A stretch of 64,000 nt of DNA, taken from Bacteroidia bacterium. Its GTDB lineage: Bacteria > Bacteroidota > Bacteroidia > NS11-12g > UBA9320. The translations under genes were made by a program, and so were the position numbers. The stretch lies in NCBI GenBank assembly GCA_965216465.1, contig CBDCFW010000003.1:64001-128000 (forward strand), in the 5' to 3' direction. Positions 48,031 to 57,748 of the stretch are shown in pieces. How positions within the stretch are numbered: the first letter of the stretch is position 1; each line of letters starts with the position of its first letter. Under the pieces are notes generated by a model. The model saw nothing but the letters and a program-made list of their open reading frames with translations, searched no databases and was not told the DNA's origin.

Positions 48031-48903
48031 TTATAAAGTCTGAATTCCTGAAATTTCATCGATTTCTGATGAAAGGTCTTCAGAATTTCGTATAACTTCT
48101 TCATACTCCGAATATTTTCTGACCATGATGATGGCAAGAATTGCTGCTATGAAATCTAAAGGAGTAATATAGAATTCAGCCATATTCGCTTCGATTATAC
48201 TCTCCATATCTTCAGCCTCACGATAAACGCGCGATACAACATTTGATACAATGTTGTTTATGAGGTAAAAAGCCCACCACCAGCCTACTATAGACCTTAG
48301 GTTGCTCGATTGTTCTTTTACATATTCTGTGGTGGTATTCCACATTTCACGCATAATGTTAAAAGGCTGAACCAAGTTTACAAAAGGAATGAACCAGCAC
48401 CAAACTGCTTGCGTTTCCTTAAAGCTCAGATGATTGAATTTTAGATGAAGGTTGAAATATGCACGTCTGAACCAACGAATAAACATTACCGCAGCTAGCA
48501 CTCTTGCTGCCAAATAACCAATACCACCGGCTAAAAGAAAAAAGTCAACGACTGCAATCCGTGAATCGGAGGCAATATGGCCTTCTAAAACGTCATTATA
48601 CAATGAGTTCTCCATCGACATTGCAATTCCATTAACAATATCAAAGAAAAGCACTAAGCCCAAGCTAATAATAACCCATTTAGACCGTTGCAGGTTCGGT
48701 CGATACTTATTTCCCGATTTAAAAGAGATTTTTGAGTTCAGCTTATTATAGGCTGATGATGACTTGGTTGCGGGGACAAAATCAGGGCAACTATCTTCGA
48801 ATGCGGGCTTTTCGTCAGTTAAAGAGCACACGACTCCCTTTTCATAATCTACTCTTCGATTTTCACAGGTTTTACAAATTGCTAATTTCTCTTCTAAGGT
48901 CAT
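48031..48903 (-). CDS. DUF4328-domain membrane protein with an N-terminal Cys4 module (paralogue A)
   Basis: FIRWFRRAYFNL, AVWCWFIPFVNL.QP..IMREMW, VGWWW. N-terminal CKTC-x12-C-x12-C. Confidence 0.78.
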   Translation of the reverse strand: MTLEEKLAICKTCENRRVDYEKGVVCSLTDEKPAFEDSCPDFVPATKSSSAYNKLNSKISFKSGNKYRPNLQRSKWVIISLGLVLFFDIVNGIAMSMENSLYNDVLEGHIASDSRIAVVDFFLLAGGIGYLAARVLAAVMFIRWFRRAYFNLHLKFNHLSFKETQAVWCWFIPFVNLVQPFNIMREMWNTTTEYVKEQSSNLRSIVGWWWAFYLINNIVSNVVSRVYREAEDMESIIEANMAEFYITPLDFIAAILAIIMVRKYSEYEEVIRNSEDLSSEIDEISGIQTL

Positions 48904-48905
48904 GT

Positions 48906-49781
48906 TTATTCTGTTTCTATTCCAATTAAATCAATTTCAGTTTCGAGTCCATTTGAAGTTCTAACTGTTTCTTCCATTCTGCTGTAACGCTTAACCATGA
49001 TAATTACGAGTATGTACGAAATTACGGTCATCACCATTTTAACATATGATATGTATCTTAAGTATTCTAAACCCAATCCCATAGATACTCCGGTTAAATT
49101 AACTGTGAGGTTACTTAACACAAAAGTTAGCCACCAAAAACCAACCAAGTTGTGGTGGTATGAATCGAATTTGGCATGATCTTCACCCACAAGCAGGCTT
49201 TTAGTCTTAATCCACATCTCACGCATAATTGCGTATGGCCAGTAGAAATTAGCTAATGGCACAAACCAACACCAAGCGGCTCGAAGGTCTGTGTATTGAA
49301 GATCAGAAAAACGAAGATGCAGGTTGAAATATGCTCTTCTAAACCAGTTTATAAAGACAACTATCAGAGCAATAAAGGTAACCCCTATCAGAAGTGCGTT
49401 AATTTGAATTAGACTTTCAAGAAGCTCATATTTGGTACCAACAGCTCCATAATAGTAGCCGCTCTCAAAGGTTTTCTGGCGTTCTATAATAAAAAAGTAA
49501 CCGAGAATCCAACCACTGATTTGAAGCACACCAAGAGTGATTAAAGCTGCAAGAGCATATCTCGCACGCTGTTTATTTGGTCGATAAATACTGTTTCTAC
49601 CCAATGCTTGATTTTTTACTCCAATGGGGTAAGATCGCGATTGAGGAATCTCAATATAATCTGGACAATTCTGTTCAAAAGTGGGGGGGTCACCGGTAAG
49701 TTCGCAGACTACTCCTTTTTCGTAGTCTACTTTTCTGTTTTCACATGTCTTGCAAATTAGGAGCCTTTCTTCTAGAGTCAT
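48906..49781 (-). CDS. DUF4328-domain membrane protein with an N-terminal Cys4 module (paralogue B)
   Basis: FINWFRRAYFNL, AAWCWFVPLANFYWPY.IMREMW, VGFWW. Same Cys module. Confidence 0.78.
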   Translation of the reverse strand: MTLEERLLICKTCENRKVDYEKGVVCELTGDPPTFEQNCPDYIEIPQSRSYPIGVKNQALGRNSIYRPNKQRARYALAALITLGVLQISGWILGYFFIIERQKTFESGYYYGAVGTKYELLESLIQINALLIGVTFIALIVVFINWFRRAYFNLHLRFSDLQYTDLRAAWCWFVPLANFYWPYAIMREMWIKTKSLLVGEDHAKFDSYHHNLVGFWWLTFVLSNLTVNLTGVSMGLGLEYLRYISYVKMVMTVISYILVIIMVKRYSRMEETVRTSNGLETEIDLIGIETE

Positions 49782-49813
49782 TAAGTATTAATAATCATCC
49801 AATTATAGGATAA

Positions 49814-50725
49814 TTATTTTGAATTCACATACTCAAAATCATGAACCCCATCTATGTTTAATTCGATTTGGCCATTATCCAGTGATTTGTAATTGGGCAC
49901 AAACCTTGCATTCCATTCAATCTCATCAGCAGTGTATGAAAACCGTATTGGAATAGTCTGGCTAAACGTTTCATCGAAGCCCTTAATCATAATCAGAATC
50001 TCAACCTTCTTATCTTTAAAATCTTGTCGTGTAAGTGCATGTAACGGACTGTCTTCATCGATGTGATGCACTAGCGTCCAGCTCAAAGGAAAAAAATGAA
50101 TTGAACTGGTTTCTAGCTTAAGATTGAAGTATCTTCTAAACACTTTTTCGCCTTCATCCATATCGACCGCAAGCATAACTCTTGCTTCCATCTCCATAAG
50201 CACATTTGGACGTCTGTTTACTGCTCTAAACATTAAAGAATTGCCATCCTTATGAGGACATATTAAGGCGTTGTTGCTAAATAAGATTCGGGCAGTAGGT
50301 TTGCTAAATCTACGATAAACGAGACCCGTTGCAATGGCAAAGAACATCCAACCCATCATGGCTTCCATGCCAGAAACAAAATTGGTCATGGGGTCACTCG
50401 GATATAAGCTACCAAAACCTACTGTTGTAAACGTTTGAAGACTGAAATAAAATGCCTTCTCAAACGGAGCAAAACTATAATTTCCGACAAAGGATATATG
50501 CTCAACACCTAATACCAGATAGGTTATTGCAAATACTAGGTTTGAAAGGAGGTAGAAGAGGGTAAGAATTACTGCAAATCGGGTAGATGACATCTGAATC
50601 ATAGTTTGAAACCACTGATTACGAACGCCTTTGCGTGTAATATTAAAGCTACCATCTTTGTTGATGATGCGCTTTGTATTGTGGGCATACTTCTGTCCGA
50701 AGCCGGGGTCAAACTGATGTATCAT
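49814..50725 (-). CDS. KirBac-like inward-rectifier potassium channel
   Basis: Two TMs around the pore helix/filter AFYFSLQTFTTVGFG.L.P, RFSKP.ARILFS, cytoplasmic Kir domain LMFR..N.R, LSWTLVHHIDEDSPL, SY...EI.W. Confidence 0.9.
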   Translation of the reverse strand: MIHQFDPGFGQKYAHNTKRIINKDGSFNITRKGVRNQWFQTMIQMSSTRFAVILTLFYLLSNLVFAITYLVLGVEHISFVGNYSFAPFEKAFYFSLQTFTTVGFGSLYPSDPMTNFVSGMEAMMGWMFFAIATGLVYRRFSKPTARILFSNNALICPHKDGNSLMFRAVNRRPNVLMEMEARVMLAVDMDEGEKVFRRYFNLKLETSSIHFFPLSWTLVHHIDEDSPLHALTRQDFKDKKVEILIMIKGFDETFSQTIPIRFSYTADEIEWNARFVPNYKSLDNGQIELNIDGVHDFEYVNSK

Positions 50726-50741
50726 GATCGAGTTGCTATAC

Positions 50742-50773
50742 AAAAAAAGGGCTATTTTGTTAAAATAACCCTT
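50742..50773 (-). terminator. Intrinsic terminator after the DUF3127 gene
   Basis: Stem AAGGGCTATTTT/AAAATAACCCTT followed by a T-tract on the minus strand. Confidence 0.75.
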
Positions 50774-50807
50774 AATTCTAAATGTATTTTAATTAATAAT
50801 TTTCAGA

Positions 50808-51176
50808 TTAAAATGGAAGTTCGTCATCTTCCTCTGAGAAGCTCATGCCCACCACATCTTCGTTTGCATTTGCTGGGGCAGCTGGTTGAGCTGCTTGCTG
50901 GCTCATTGATTCAATTCTCCACGCTTTAATATCGGTATACCATCTTGAGTTGTATTCTCTAGACTCAATATTTACCGAAACACGCATCATATCGCCTGTA
51001 TTGTAATTCGCTAATTCATCTGCTTTTTCATTCCAGCATCCGATACAAATCTTCTTAGGATATTGTTCTGTAGTTTCAATTACAAATTCTTGCTTCTTCC
51101 AAGCTCCTCTAGTGCTAACGCCTTCTTGTGGTGCCAACAACTGAACCAATTTTCCTTCTAATACTATGTTCTCCAT
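50808..51176 (-). CDS. DUF3127 protein (SSB-like OB fold with acidic DELPF tail)
   Basis: WKKQEFVIET.EQYPKKI, NIESREYN.RWYTDIKAWRI, C-terminal EEDDELPF. Confidence 0.9.
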   Translation of the reverse strand: MENIVLEGKLVQLLAPQEGVSTRGAWKKQEFVIETTEQYPKKICIGCWNEKADELANYNTGDMMRVSVNIESREYNSRWYTDIKAWRIESMSQQAAQPAAPANANEDVVGMSFSEEDDELPF

Positions 51177-51254
51177 TTTCTTGCTGCAAGCTTACACTTA
51201 ATAGGTGTGAATTCTAATTTGTTTGGCAAATATTTTTAAACAATTTTTGGAGCC

Positions 51255-51923
51255 GTGGACGCACTAATCGCTTTTCTCGTAGCCGCATGGATAAGTTTCA
51301 TTGGCTCGATACTTCTTGGCCTTGTTAATGTAGCTGTAATTGAGACGGCGATTCGAAAAGGAGCTAAACATGCAACCTGGCTGGCAATAGGAGGGGTGCT
51401 TCCTGAAATTCCTTATACTTTATTGGCAATATACGGCACGAGTTACGTCGATAGACTAAAAGAGCATCAAACTATAATTGGAATTTTTATAGGCTTTGTT
51501 TTTATAGGCCTGGGTGCTTTTTATATCTTAAAAAAGATCAAAAGTAACCTCCATAACGAAGGATTAGAAAACCAGACTTCGATCAAAAGAAGCTTCTTTA
51601 AAGGTTTGTTTTTAGCATTTGCCAACCCACAATTAATCTTTTTCTGGTCTGGTATTTTGTTGCTATTACATACCGGTTCGTTGAACTTTATAGCAAGCAA
51701 ACCTGCGCTCATTGATTTTACAGCCAATTCTTGGATATCACCCAACATTGCTTTTGCACTTGGAGCAGCCATAGGTGCACTTGGAATCCTGTTAATTTAT
51801 GTACAACTAGCACATAAATACAGAGAGAAATTACTGGACATTATTGGCGATAGATTGAGTAAGGTGGTAGGAGCAATTTTTATTGTTCTTGGATTATTTG
51901 TAATCTTGAAAAATGTCATTTAA
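51255..51923 (+). CDS. LysE-family transporter
   Basis: Six TM segments, SFIGS..LG.VN..VI...I.KG, F.KGL.LAFANPQ.I.FW. Confidence 0.82.
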   Translation: MDALIAFLVAAWISFIGSILLGLVNVAVIETAIRKGAKHATWLAIGGVLPEIPYTLLAIYGTSYVDRLKEHQTIIGIFIGFVFIGLGAFYILKKIKSNLHNEGLENQTSIKRSFFKGLFLAFANPQLIFFWSGILLLLHTGSLNFIASKPALIDFTANSWISPNIAFALGAAIGALGILLIYVQLAHKYREKLLDIIGDRLSKVVGAIFIVLGLFVILKNVI

Positions 51924-53964
51924 ACGCTTATTTGTGCTTCTTGGGGCTGTTTTACTATCCGCTTCAAGTTTTTCGCAGCAAGTAAAAAAGCGTTACAAGT
52001 GGAAGTATTTAGGGCCATCTGTTATTCCAGCTTCTAATGTCGATACAGGCGAATGGACCAGCACTGGTGTAGGGTGGATCGAAGATGTTTTAATCTCGGA
52101 TAAATGGTATGCGTCGAGCATAACTGGAGGAGTTTATCGATCAAATAATGAGGGTAAAAAATGGGTTAAACTCGACAAGTTTAATCTACAAGAAGGAGTG
52201 TTAGATATGCTCAAAATTAGCGATGAACTTTTTATTTCAACTGGACTTACGCACTACGACGAAAAATTTGGGTCGGGTGTTTATCGGTCAAGTAATAATG
52301 GTAAAACTTGGCAACCAACTGGTCTGCAGTTTAAACCGACTGACCTACAACCTGTTTGGGCGTTAGCACACCAAAATGAAAGGACATTAATCGCGTGTAC
52401 ACCTGAAAATATTTACGTAAGTCATGACTTAGGGTTGAATTGGAGTCTTTCAGTCACAAAAACAAAGTGTGATTTCAGGAGTTTGTTAGTTTCGTTAGAT
52501 CATTCGCGTATTTATGCTGCTGGTGCTAACTTGATGACAAGTGCAGATAGTGGAGAGAGTTGGCAAGATATTACCGATCGACTCTCGGTGTTTACCAAGA
52601 AAGGAACTAAACCAGTAGATATTCAACGTATTGCAATTTGCAATGATCCTAGCAAAGTAGGAAGGATGATGGCCTTTTACGCCGATGGCCGAACTGCATA
52701 CGTTGATGAAAGCTTAGATTTCGGTAATACTTGGGTAAACTTACACACCAGTAAGCGAATTAGAAGGGCAGATGTACACCATACTGAAATTGCAATACCT
52801 CCCAATAACCCAACAACTATAGTGTTAGGCACATACAGGGCTTATGTAAGTACGAACGGTGGAAAGACGTTCAGAGTAGCTACGATACCAGAATATGGAG
52901 CAAAGAACTTTACACACGACGACATTCGTGGCCTGCAATTAGTAGATGCTGGAGAGTTTTATCTAGCAACCGATGGTGGGGTGTTTCAATCGCTTGACAC
53001 AGGAAAGACTTGGAACAATGTATCTGGAAAAGGATTAAATGCAATGCAGATTTATGGTATAACCTTGCTGCGAAACGGAAGTCTCCTAGTGGGGTGTCAA
53101 GACTTAGGAACTTTTCTTGTTAACGGTAAAGAGTGGCTAAATCTAGGAGATTTATATGGCGACGGCGGCGAATCCTATGAATTGCAAGATCACTACATTG
53201 TTCAGATGGGAGGGACGCTAAGGCGTATGAATCAAGAGACTTTGCATGGTATAAACTTTGTTCATCCACCTTCGGGAGGAAGACCGTTTACATCCAAACT
53301 AGTAGCCTATCCAGGGGCTATAGATTCATTCTTTTATGTTGGAACCGATTTATGGTATAACAATGATTCGAAGTGGGTAAACAAAACAAAAAGATTAAAA
53401 GGAGGAGAATATGAGGCTTCTGGGTTTGATATCAATCCAAAAAATCCCAATCAATTGTTTTTTGCCTACGAACAACCCACATGGAATGCAAAGCAGCTTA
53501 AAAACAAATTTTTTAAGTCTACAGATACTGGAAAAACATGGGTCGACATTACACAAAACTTGCCCATTTTAGCTTGGCGCCACATTACTTCAATTTCGAG
53601 CAATCCAAATAATCCCAATGAAGTGCTTGTTTCGCTTGGAACATTAGATGTTGAAGAGATTCATAAGGTGTATCGAAGTCTAGATGGGGGCGAAACTTGG
53701 CAGAACTATTCAGAAGGTCTTCCTCAATATCAAACCTTTAAAATCGTTCACATTCCAAATTCAACTGGGGTAATTGTTTCTATGCTTGATGGAATTTACT
53801 ACCGCAATGCTCAGATGAAATCTTGGCAAAAGCTATCAGGCAAAATTCCAAACATAGCAATTCGTGATTTTGATATTGACTACGATGGTCGCTGGCTTTA
53901 TGCAGGAACCTATGGCAATGGACTTTGGAAGCTGAGAATTCCGAGAAAGATGCTCAAATTTTAG
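51913..53964 (+). CDS. Secreted BNR/Asp-box repeat beta-propeller protein (VPS10/sialidase-like)
   Basis: Many S.D/N.G.TW boxes, HDDIR, ATDGGV, GDGG, AGTYGNGLW. Signal peptide present, no T9SS CTD seen. Confidence 0.8.
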   Translation: MSFKRLFVLLGAVLLSASSFSQQVKKRYKWKYLGPSVIPASNVDTGEWTSTGVGWIEDVLISDKWYASSITGGVYRSNNEGKKWVKLDKFNLQEGVLDMLKISDELFISTGLTHYDEKFGSGVYRSSNNGKTWQPTGLQFKPTDLQPVWALAHQNERTLIACTPENIYVSHDLGLNWSLSVTKTKCDFRSLLVSLDHSRIYAAGANLMTSADSGESWQDITDRLSVFTKKGTKPVDIQRIAICNDPSKVGRMMAFYADGRTAYVDESLDFGNTWVNLHTSKRIRRADVHHTEIAIPPNNPTTIVLGTYRAYVSTNGGKTFRVATIPEYGAKNFTHDDIRGLQLVDAGEFYLATDGGVFQSLDTGKTWNNVSGKGLNAMQIYGITLLRNGSLLVGCQDLGTFLVNGKEWLNLGDLYGDGGESYELQDHYIVQMGGTLRRMNQETLHGINFVHPPSGGRPFTSKLVAYPGAIDSFFYVGTDLWYNNDSKWVNKTKRLKGGEYEASGFDINPKNPNQLFFAYEQPTWNAKQLKNKFFKSTDTGKTWVDITQNLPILAWRHITSISSNPNNPNEVLVSLGTLDVEEIHKVYRSLDGGETWQNYSEGLPQYQTFKIVHIPNSTGVIVSMLDGIYYRNAQMKSWQKLSGKIPNIAIRDFDIDYDGRWLYAGTYGNGLWKLRIPRKMLKF

Positions 53965-55636
53965 GTCGTAAAATCCATAAATCATCTTTATGAATCTTCG
54001 CTGTATTGAATTCAGCCATAGCATCCTCTTCATTGCTTCCGGCATAGTAGGCAACGCGGTATAAGCCATTCTCAAACTGAAGAATTTCAAGTTGATCATA
54101 TACATCAATCCACTTGCTCCAAAGGTCGTAAGCACTTGAATAGCTGTAGGTTGAACCGACAATCACATAGTACATGCCTTCTACAGGTTTCTTGGCGTTT
54201 TCGTCCATAACAGGTGTTGAAGGAATCACTTGTGTTACGCTAGTATCGGATCCGTCATCTTTTATAATGTCTTTATAGATTATCTTCTCAACCTCTTTAA
54301 TAACTACTTTAGGTTCAACCTTAGTTAAGACAATAATCGAGTCTCCAATTTTGAAATTTTTAAAATGATAATTCTCGGCAATTGCAGTTGCATTTGCTCC
54401 GTGAACATCTTGACTAGTTACATAATTGAAAAACCCTCGTTGATCTGAAATAGTATAAGCACCATAACCGGTTTGAGGTTCAATTAGAATTCGAACATTT
54501 TTTACGGCGTTACCTTCTTCGTCAACTATTGAACCCGTATAGCTGAATAACTCATCAGGTTTAACGTAATGGCTTATAGCCAATGAATCGTTGTTGAACT
54601 GCTGGTAAATGAAATATTTGTTTCGTCCGTTTGGAATAAGAGAAAGGTCATCGTTGGCAGAATTAAATTCAAAGCAATTGGCAACAATGCTATTGTAGTC
54701 ATTTAAGTTCTTGAATTTGTATAGGTCGTATCCTCCTTTAGAAACTTTACCATTAGAACTAAAATAAAGCCATTCTTTTGTTTTGGTTGGATAAATGTCG
54801 TGGCCTTTACTGTTTACGCGCTGTCCTAAGTTAATTGGAGAGTTAAAGCTACCATCTATAAACACGCTTATATACAGGTCATATCCTCCAAAGCCACCTT
54901 TTTTATCTGATGCGAAATAGAGCGTGTTTGTTTCCTCATCCATAAATGGAAATGCATAATTACCCGGTTCTGATTCGAACAATTTAGTAGGTTTTTTCCA
55001 AGCCCCATTCTTTTTAGAAAAGTAGAAAAGACTAACTGAATTTTCTTGGTAATTAATGATAGAGCCTACAGCGCTCTGGCCTTCATTAAAAAAGCTAACA
55101 GACCCTAGAGGGAGTGAAGTGGCTGATTTTAGTCTTTGCGATTTGTGCGATAAGTTGCCATCGCAGTCTACATTGAACTTATACAATCGACTATTTTCAA
55201 CAGCGTATAAATTTCCACCGCTTGCAGAAGGATTGAGATAATTGGCATCAGAACCAACATTGGTAGGAATAAATGGAATACTATTGTTCTCAAATACTTC
55301 ATCTATTTCATACAGTTCATTACCTTCAGTTATGCCCTTCTTGTCTATATATTCATTATAGAACTCTCTAGCCAGTCCATGCTTATTCTGAATCAACAGA
55401 GTATTTGCGAACAATAAGAAATCGCTGGTTGTCATTGTCCCTTGATCTAAAGCTACATAGAACTGAGATTCAGCAAGTTCGAATTTCCCACTTAAGTAGT
55501 ACGCACGGGCCTTTGATATATTAGAAGCTCGATCGATGGCGTGCGGATTGTATTTAACCAACTCTAATTCAGGAATTTGTGAAAATCCAGATAAGAGAGT
55601 TAAGCAGGTTAAGAGAAGACAAAGTGTTCTTGGCAT
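53954..55636 (-). CDS. TPR + PD40 propeller + carboxypeptidase-regulatory-like + C-terminal SPOR-like domain protein
   Basis: LYFASDKKGGFGGYDLY, PINLG..VNS..HD..P, LYFSSNG...GGYDLY. C-terminal YYVIVGS...NGLYRV...WIL. Start moved to ATG 55636. Confidence 0.72.
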   Translation of the reverse strand: MPRTLCLLLTCLTLLSGFSQIPELELVKYNPHAIDRASNISKARAYYLSGKFELAESQFYVALDQGTMTTSDFLLFANTLLIQNKHGLAREFYNEYIDKKGITEGNELYEIDEVFENNSIPFIPTNVGSDANYLNPSASGGNLYAVENSRLYKFNVDCDGNLSHKSQRLKSATSLPLGSVSFFNEGQSAVGSIINYQENSVSLFYFSKKNGAWKKPTKLFESEPGNYAFPFMDEETNTLYFASDKKGGFGGYDLYISVFIDGSFNSPINLGQRVNSKGHDIYPTKTKEWLYFSSNGKVSKGGYDLYKFKNLNDYNSIVANCFEFNSANDDLSLIPNGRNKYFIYQQFNNDSLAISHYVKPDELFSYTGSIVDEEGNAVKNVRILIEPQTGYGAYTISDQRGFFNYVTSQDVHGANATAIAENYHFKNFKIGDSIIVLTKVEPKVVIKEVEKIIYKDIIKDDGSDTSVTQVIPSTPVMDENAKKPVEGMYYVIVGSTYSYSSAYDLWSKWIDVYDQLEILQFENGLYRVAYYAGSNEEDAMAEFNTAKIHKDDLWILRPKI

Positions 55637-55654
55637 AATGGGCTGCAAATTTCG

Positions 55655-56881
55655 TTATTTTATTTGATTCTTGATGTTCTTAACAATTGATTTAGCTGCA
55701 AGATAGCCACCAGTCCATGCTGCTTGAAAATTAAATCCTCCGGTTATTGCATCAATATTGAGTAATTCACCTACAGCATACAGATTTTTCTTGCCACGTA
55801 TTTCAAATGTTTCTGCACTTACTGTATCAAGATCTATGCCACCGGCAGTAACAAACTCTTCTTTAAATGTACTCTTACCAGATATTTTTACTTGAAATGC
55901 GGTTAATTGGGTCGCCAGTCGCTGAATGCCTTTCTTACCAATTTCAGACCAATTGGTGTACTCTTTAAGATTGGATAAGCGAAACAACTCATTCCACAAT
56001 CTTTTAGGTAAACCATGCTCTTTCCAGTTGATTACCTTGTCTTTAGGATGGATTTCAGCATGCGACTTAAGCAAGACTACAAGGTCTTTTAAATTTTGAT
56101 TGAGCCAATTGACAGACAGGGTAAAGTTGTAATCTAGGTCGTGTAATTCTCTTGCACTCCAGGCACTTAACCTTAGAATAGCAGGACCACTATAACCCCA
56201 ATGTGTAACCAAAACAGGACCTTCTTGTTCACTTGACTTGATCTCATTTATAGAAACCTTTGCAGAAGGCACACTTATTCCAGACAGCAATTTAAGCATA
56301 TGATCTTGTGCATTAAAGGTAAACAGCGAAGGAACTGGGTCAATAAGCGAAATCGATAGACTTCTTAGAATTGAAAATACTTGCTTATTGCAGCTAGTAG
56401 CCATTACTACTACATCGGCTCTAATAGTCTTGTCTTTAAACACCAGCTCATAGCCTTTAGGATTTTCTATTAAACCCGTTAAGCGGTGTTCTGTCTTAAC
56501 TTTTATTCCAAGTCTATCAGCAGTTTGCGTAAGGCAATTGTAAATGGATTGCGACTTGTCAGAAACGGGGAATACGCGACCATCCGCCTCGGTTTTAAGT
56601 GGAACACCATGCTGCTTAAACCATTGCTGGGTGTGATTAGAACTAAATTGAGTAAAAGGGTCTAGTAAAAAAGCATTTCCACGTGGGTAGTAAGTTACTA
56701 ACTCATTAGGCTCAGAAATAGCGTTGGTTACATTGCAACGACCTCCACCAGAAATTAGCACCTTGCTCAACAACTTGCTTTGACCCTCATATAGTGTTAC
56801 TTCGGCTTTTACTTGCTGAGCAACGTGTATAGCTGTAAAAAAGCCTGAAGCACCTCCACCAATAATAGCAACCTTGGTCAT
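55655..56881 (-). CDS. HI0933/BaiN-family NAD(P)/FAD-dependent oxidoreductase
   Basis: IIGGGASG, SKVLISGGGRCNVTN, DGRVFP, THWGYSGPAIL, EFVTAGG, GELLNIDAITGGFNFQAAW. Confidence 0.93.
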   Translation of the reverse strand: MTKVAIIGGGASGFFTAIHVAQQVKAEVTLYEGQSKLLSKVLISGGGRCNVTNAISEPNELVTYYPRGNAFLLDPFTQFSSNHTQQWFKQHGVPLKTEADGRVFPVSDKSQSIYNCLTQTADRLGIKVKTEHRLTGLIENPKGYELVFKDKTIRADVVVMATSCNKQVFSILRSLSISLIDPVPSLFTFNAQDHMLKLLSGISVPSAKVSINEIKSSEQEGPVLVTHWGYSGPAILRLSAWSARELHDLDYNFTLSVNWLNQNLKDLVVLLKSHAEIHPKDKVINWKEHGLPKRLWNELFRLSNLKEYTNWSEIGKKGIQRLATQLTAFQVKISGKSTFKEEFVTAGGIDLDTVSAETFEIRGKKNLYAVGELLNIDAITGGFNFQAAWTGGYLAAKSIVKNIKNQIK

Positions 56882-56883
56882 GG

Positions 56884-57747
56884 CTAAAGATTAAAGAATT
56901 CAATCGTTTCTGTCACCACTTCGGCAAATGCTTTAGGTATTTTTCTTTCTTCTAAAGGATGTTTTGTATTGAAGGTGTGATTTGCTTCTTCCACTTCAAC
57001 CAATATGGAGTGACCTACCTCGTTAAATACTGCTTGACCTTCGCTCAATGGAACAGTTTCGTCGTCTTCACCATGCACAATGAGCAGTGGGCATACAATC
57101 TTTTCAAAAACATCTTCCATTTCAAACAGCTCCCGATTTTGCTGATATGCCTCTACAAATTGATAATAAATAGGCATCTCTTGTCCTGTTCGTCCGTTGA
57201 GAACAACATGTTTGCCTTCAGTTTTCCAGTCGGTTAAGTCTTTCATGCGCATATATTTACTTAGGTCTGAAACTCCTGCCCAGGTCGCACATTTACTTAT
57301 TCTGGAATCATTAGCTGCTCGAACAAGTGACATTGCACCACCGCGGCTGTGACCGATGAGGAAAATCTTTTGATTCCACTCGAAATCAAATGAGTCTGCC
57401 TTTTTCTCAATAAAATCAAGAACCGTTCCGATTTCATCGTATTCAATCTTGAAGTTGTTATTTCCAAATGCTTCAAGGTCAACAAATTCAGTCGGGTTTG
57501 AGGGTGTTGTACCGTTGTGCGAGAAGTTGAACTTAAAAAACGGTATTTGTTTAAGAGCAAATATTTCAGCAGCTAAAGGCCATGCCCCCCAATCTTTGAA
57601 TCCTTTAAATCCATGCACAAATACACAGATGGGAACCGAAGTTTGATGATTGCCATAGGTAATATCAGCTGATATCAGTCGCTGATTAGAACCTTTAAAC
57701 TTAAATGATTTGTTATTTAATGGGTTGTTATGGCTTGTAGAACTCAA
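56884..57747 (-). CDS. Alpha/beta hydrolase
   Basis: HGFKGFKDWG, nucleophile elbow GHSRGG, HGEDDETV, A.HTF. Confidence 0.9.
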   Translation of the reverse strand: MSSTSHNNPLNNKSFKFKGSNQRLISADITYGNHQTSVPICVFVHGFKGFKDWGAWPLAAEIFALKQIPFFKFNFSHNGTTPSNPTEFVDLEAFGNNNFKIEYDEIGTVLDFIEKKADSFDFEWNQKIFLIGHSRGGAMSLVRAANDSRISKCATWAGVSDLSKYMRMKDLTDWKTEGKHVVLNGRTGQEMPIYYQFVEAYQQNRELFEMEDVFEKIVCPLLIVHGEDDETVPLSEGQAVFNEVGHSILVEVEEANHTFNTKHPLEERKIPKAFAEVVTETIEFFNL

Positions 57748-57748
57748 T

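Noticed and set aside
49683-49689. G7 tract (C7 on the coding strand) in DUF4328 paralogue B as a phase-variation switch
   Set aside because: Only 7 nt long, in frame (Asp-Pro-Pro), and shorter than typical contingency tracts. There is no evidence of variation.
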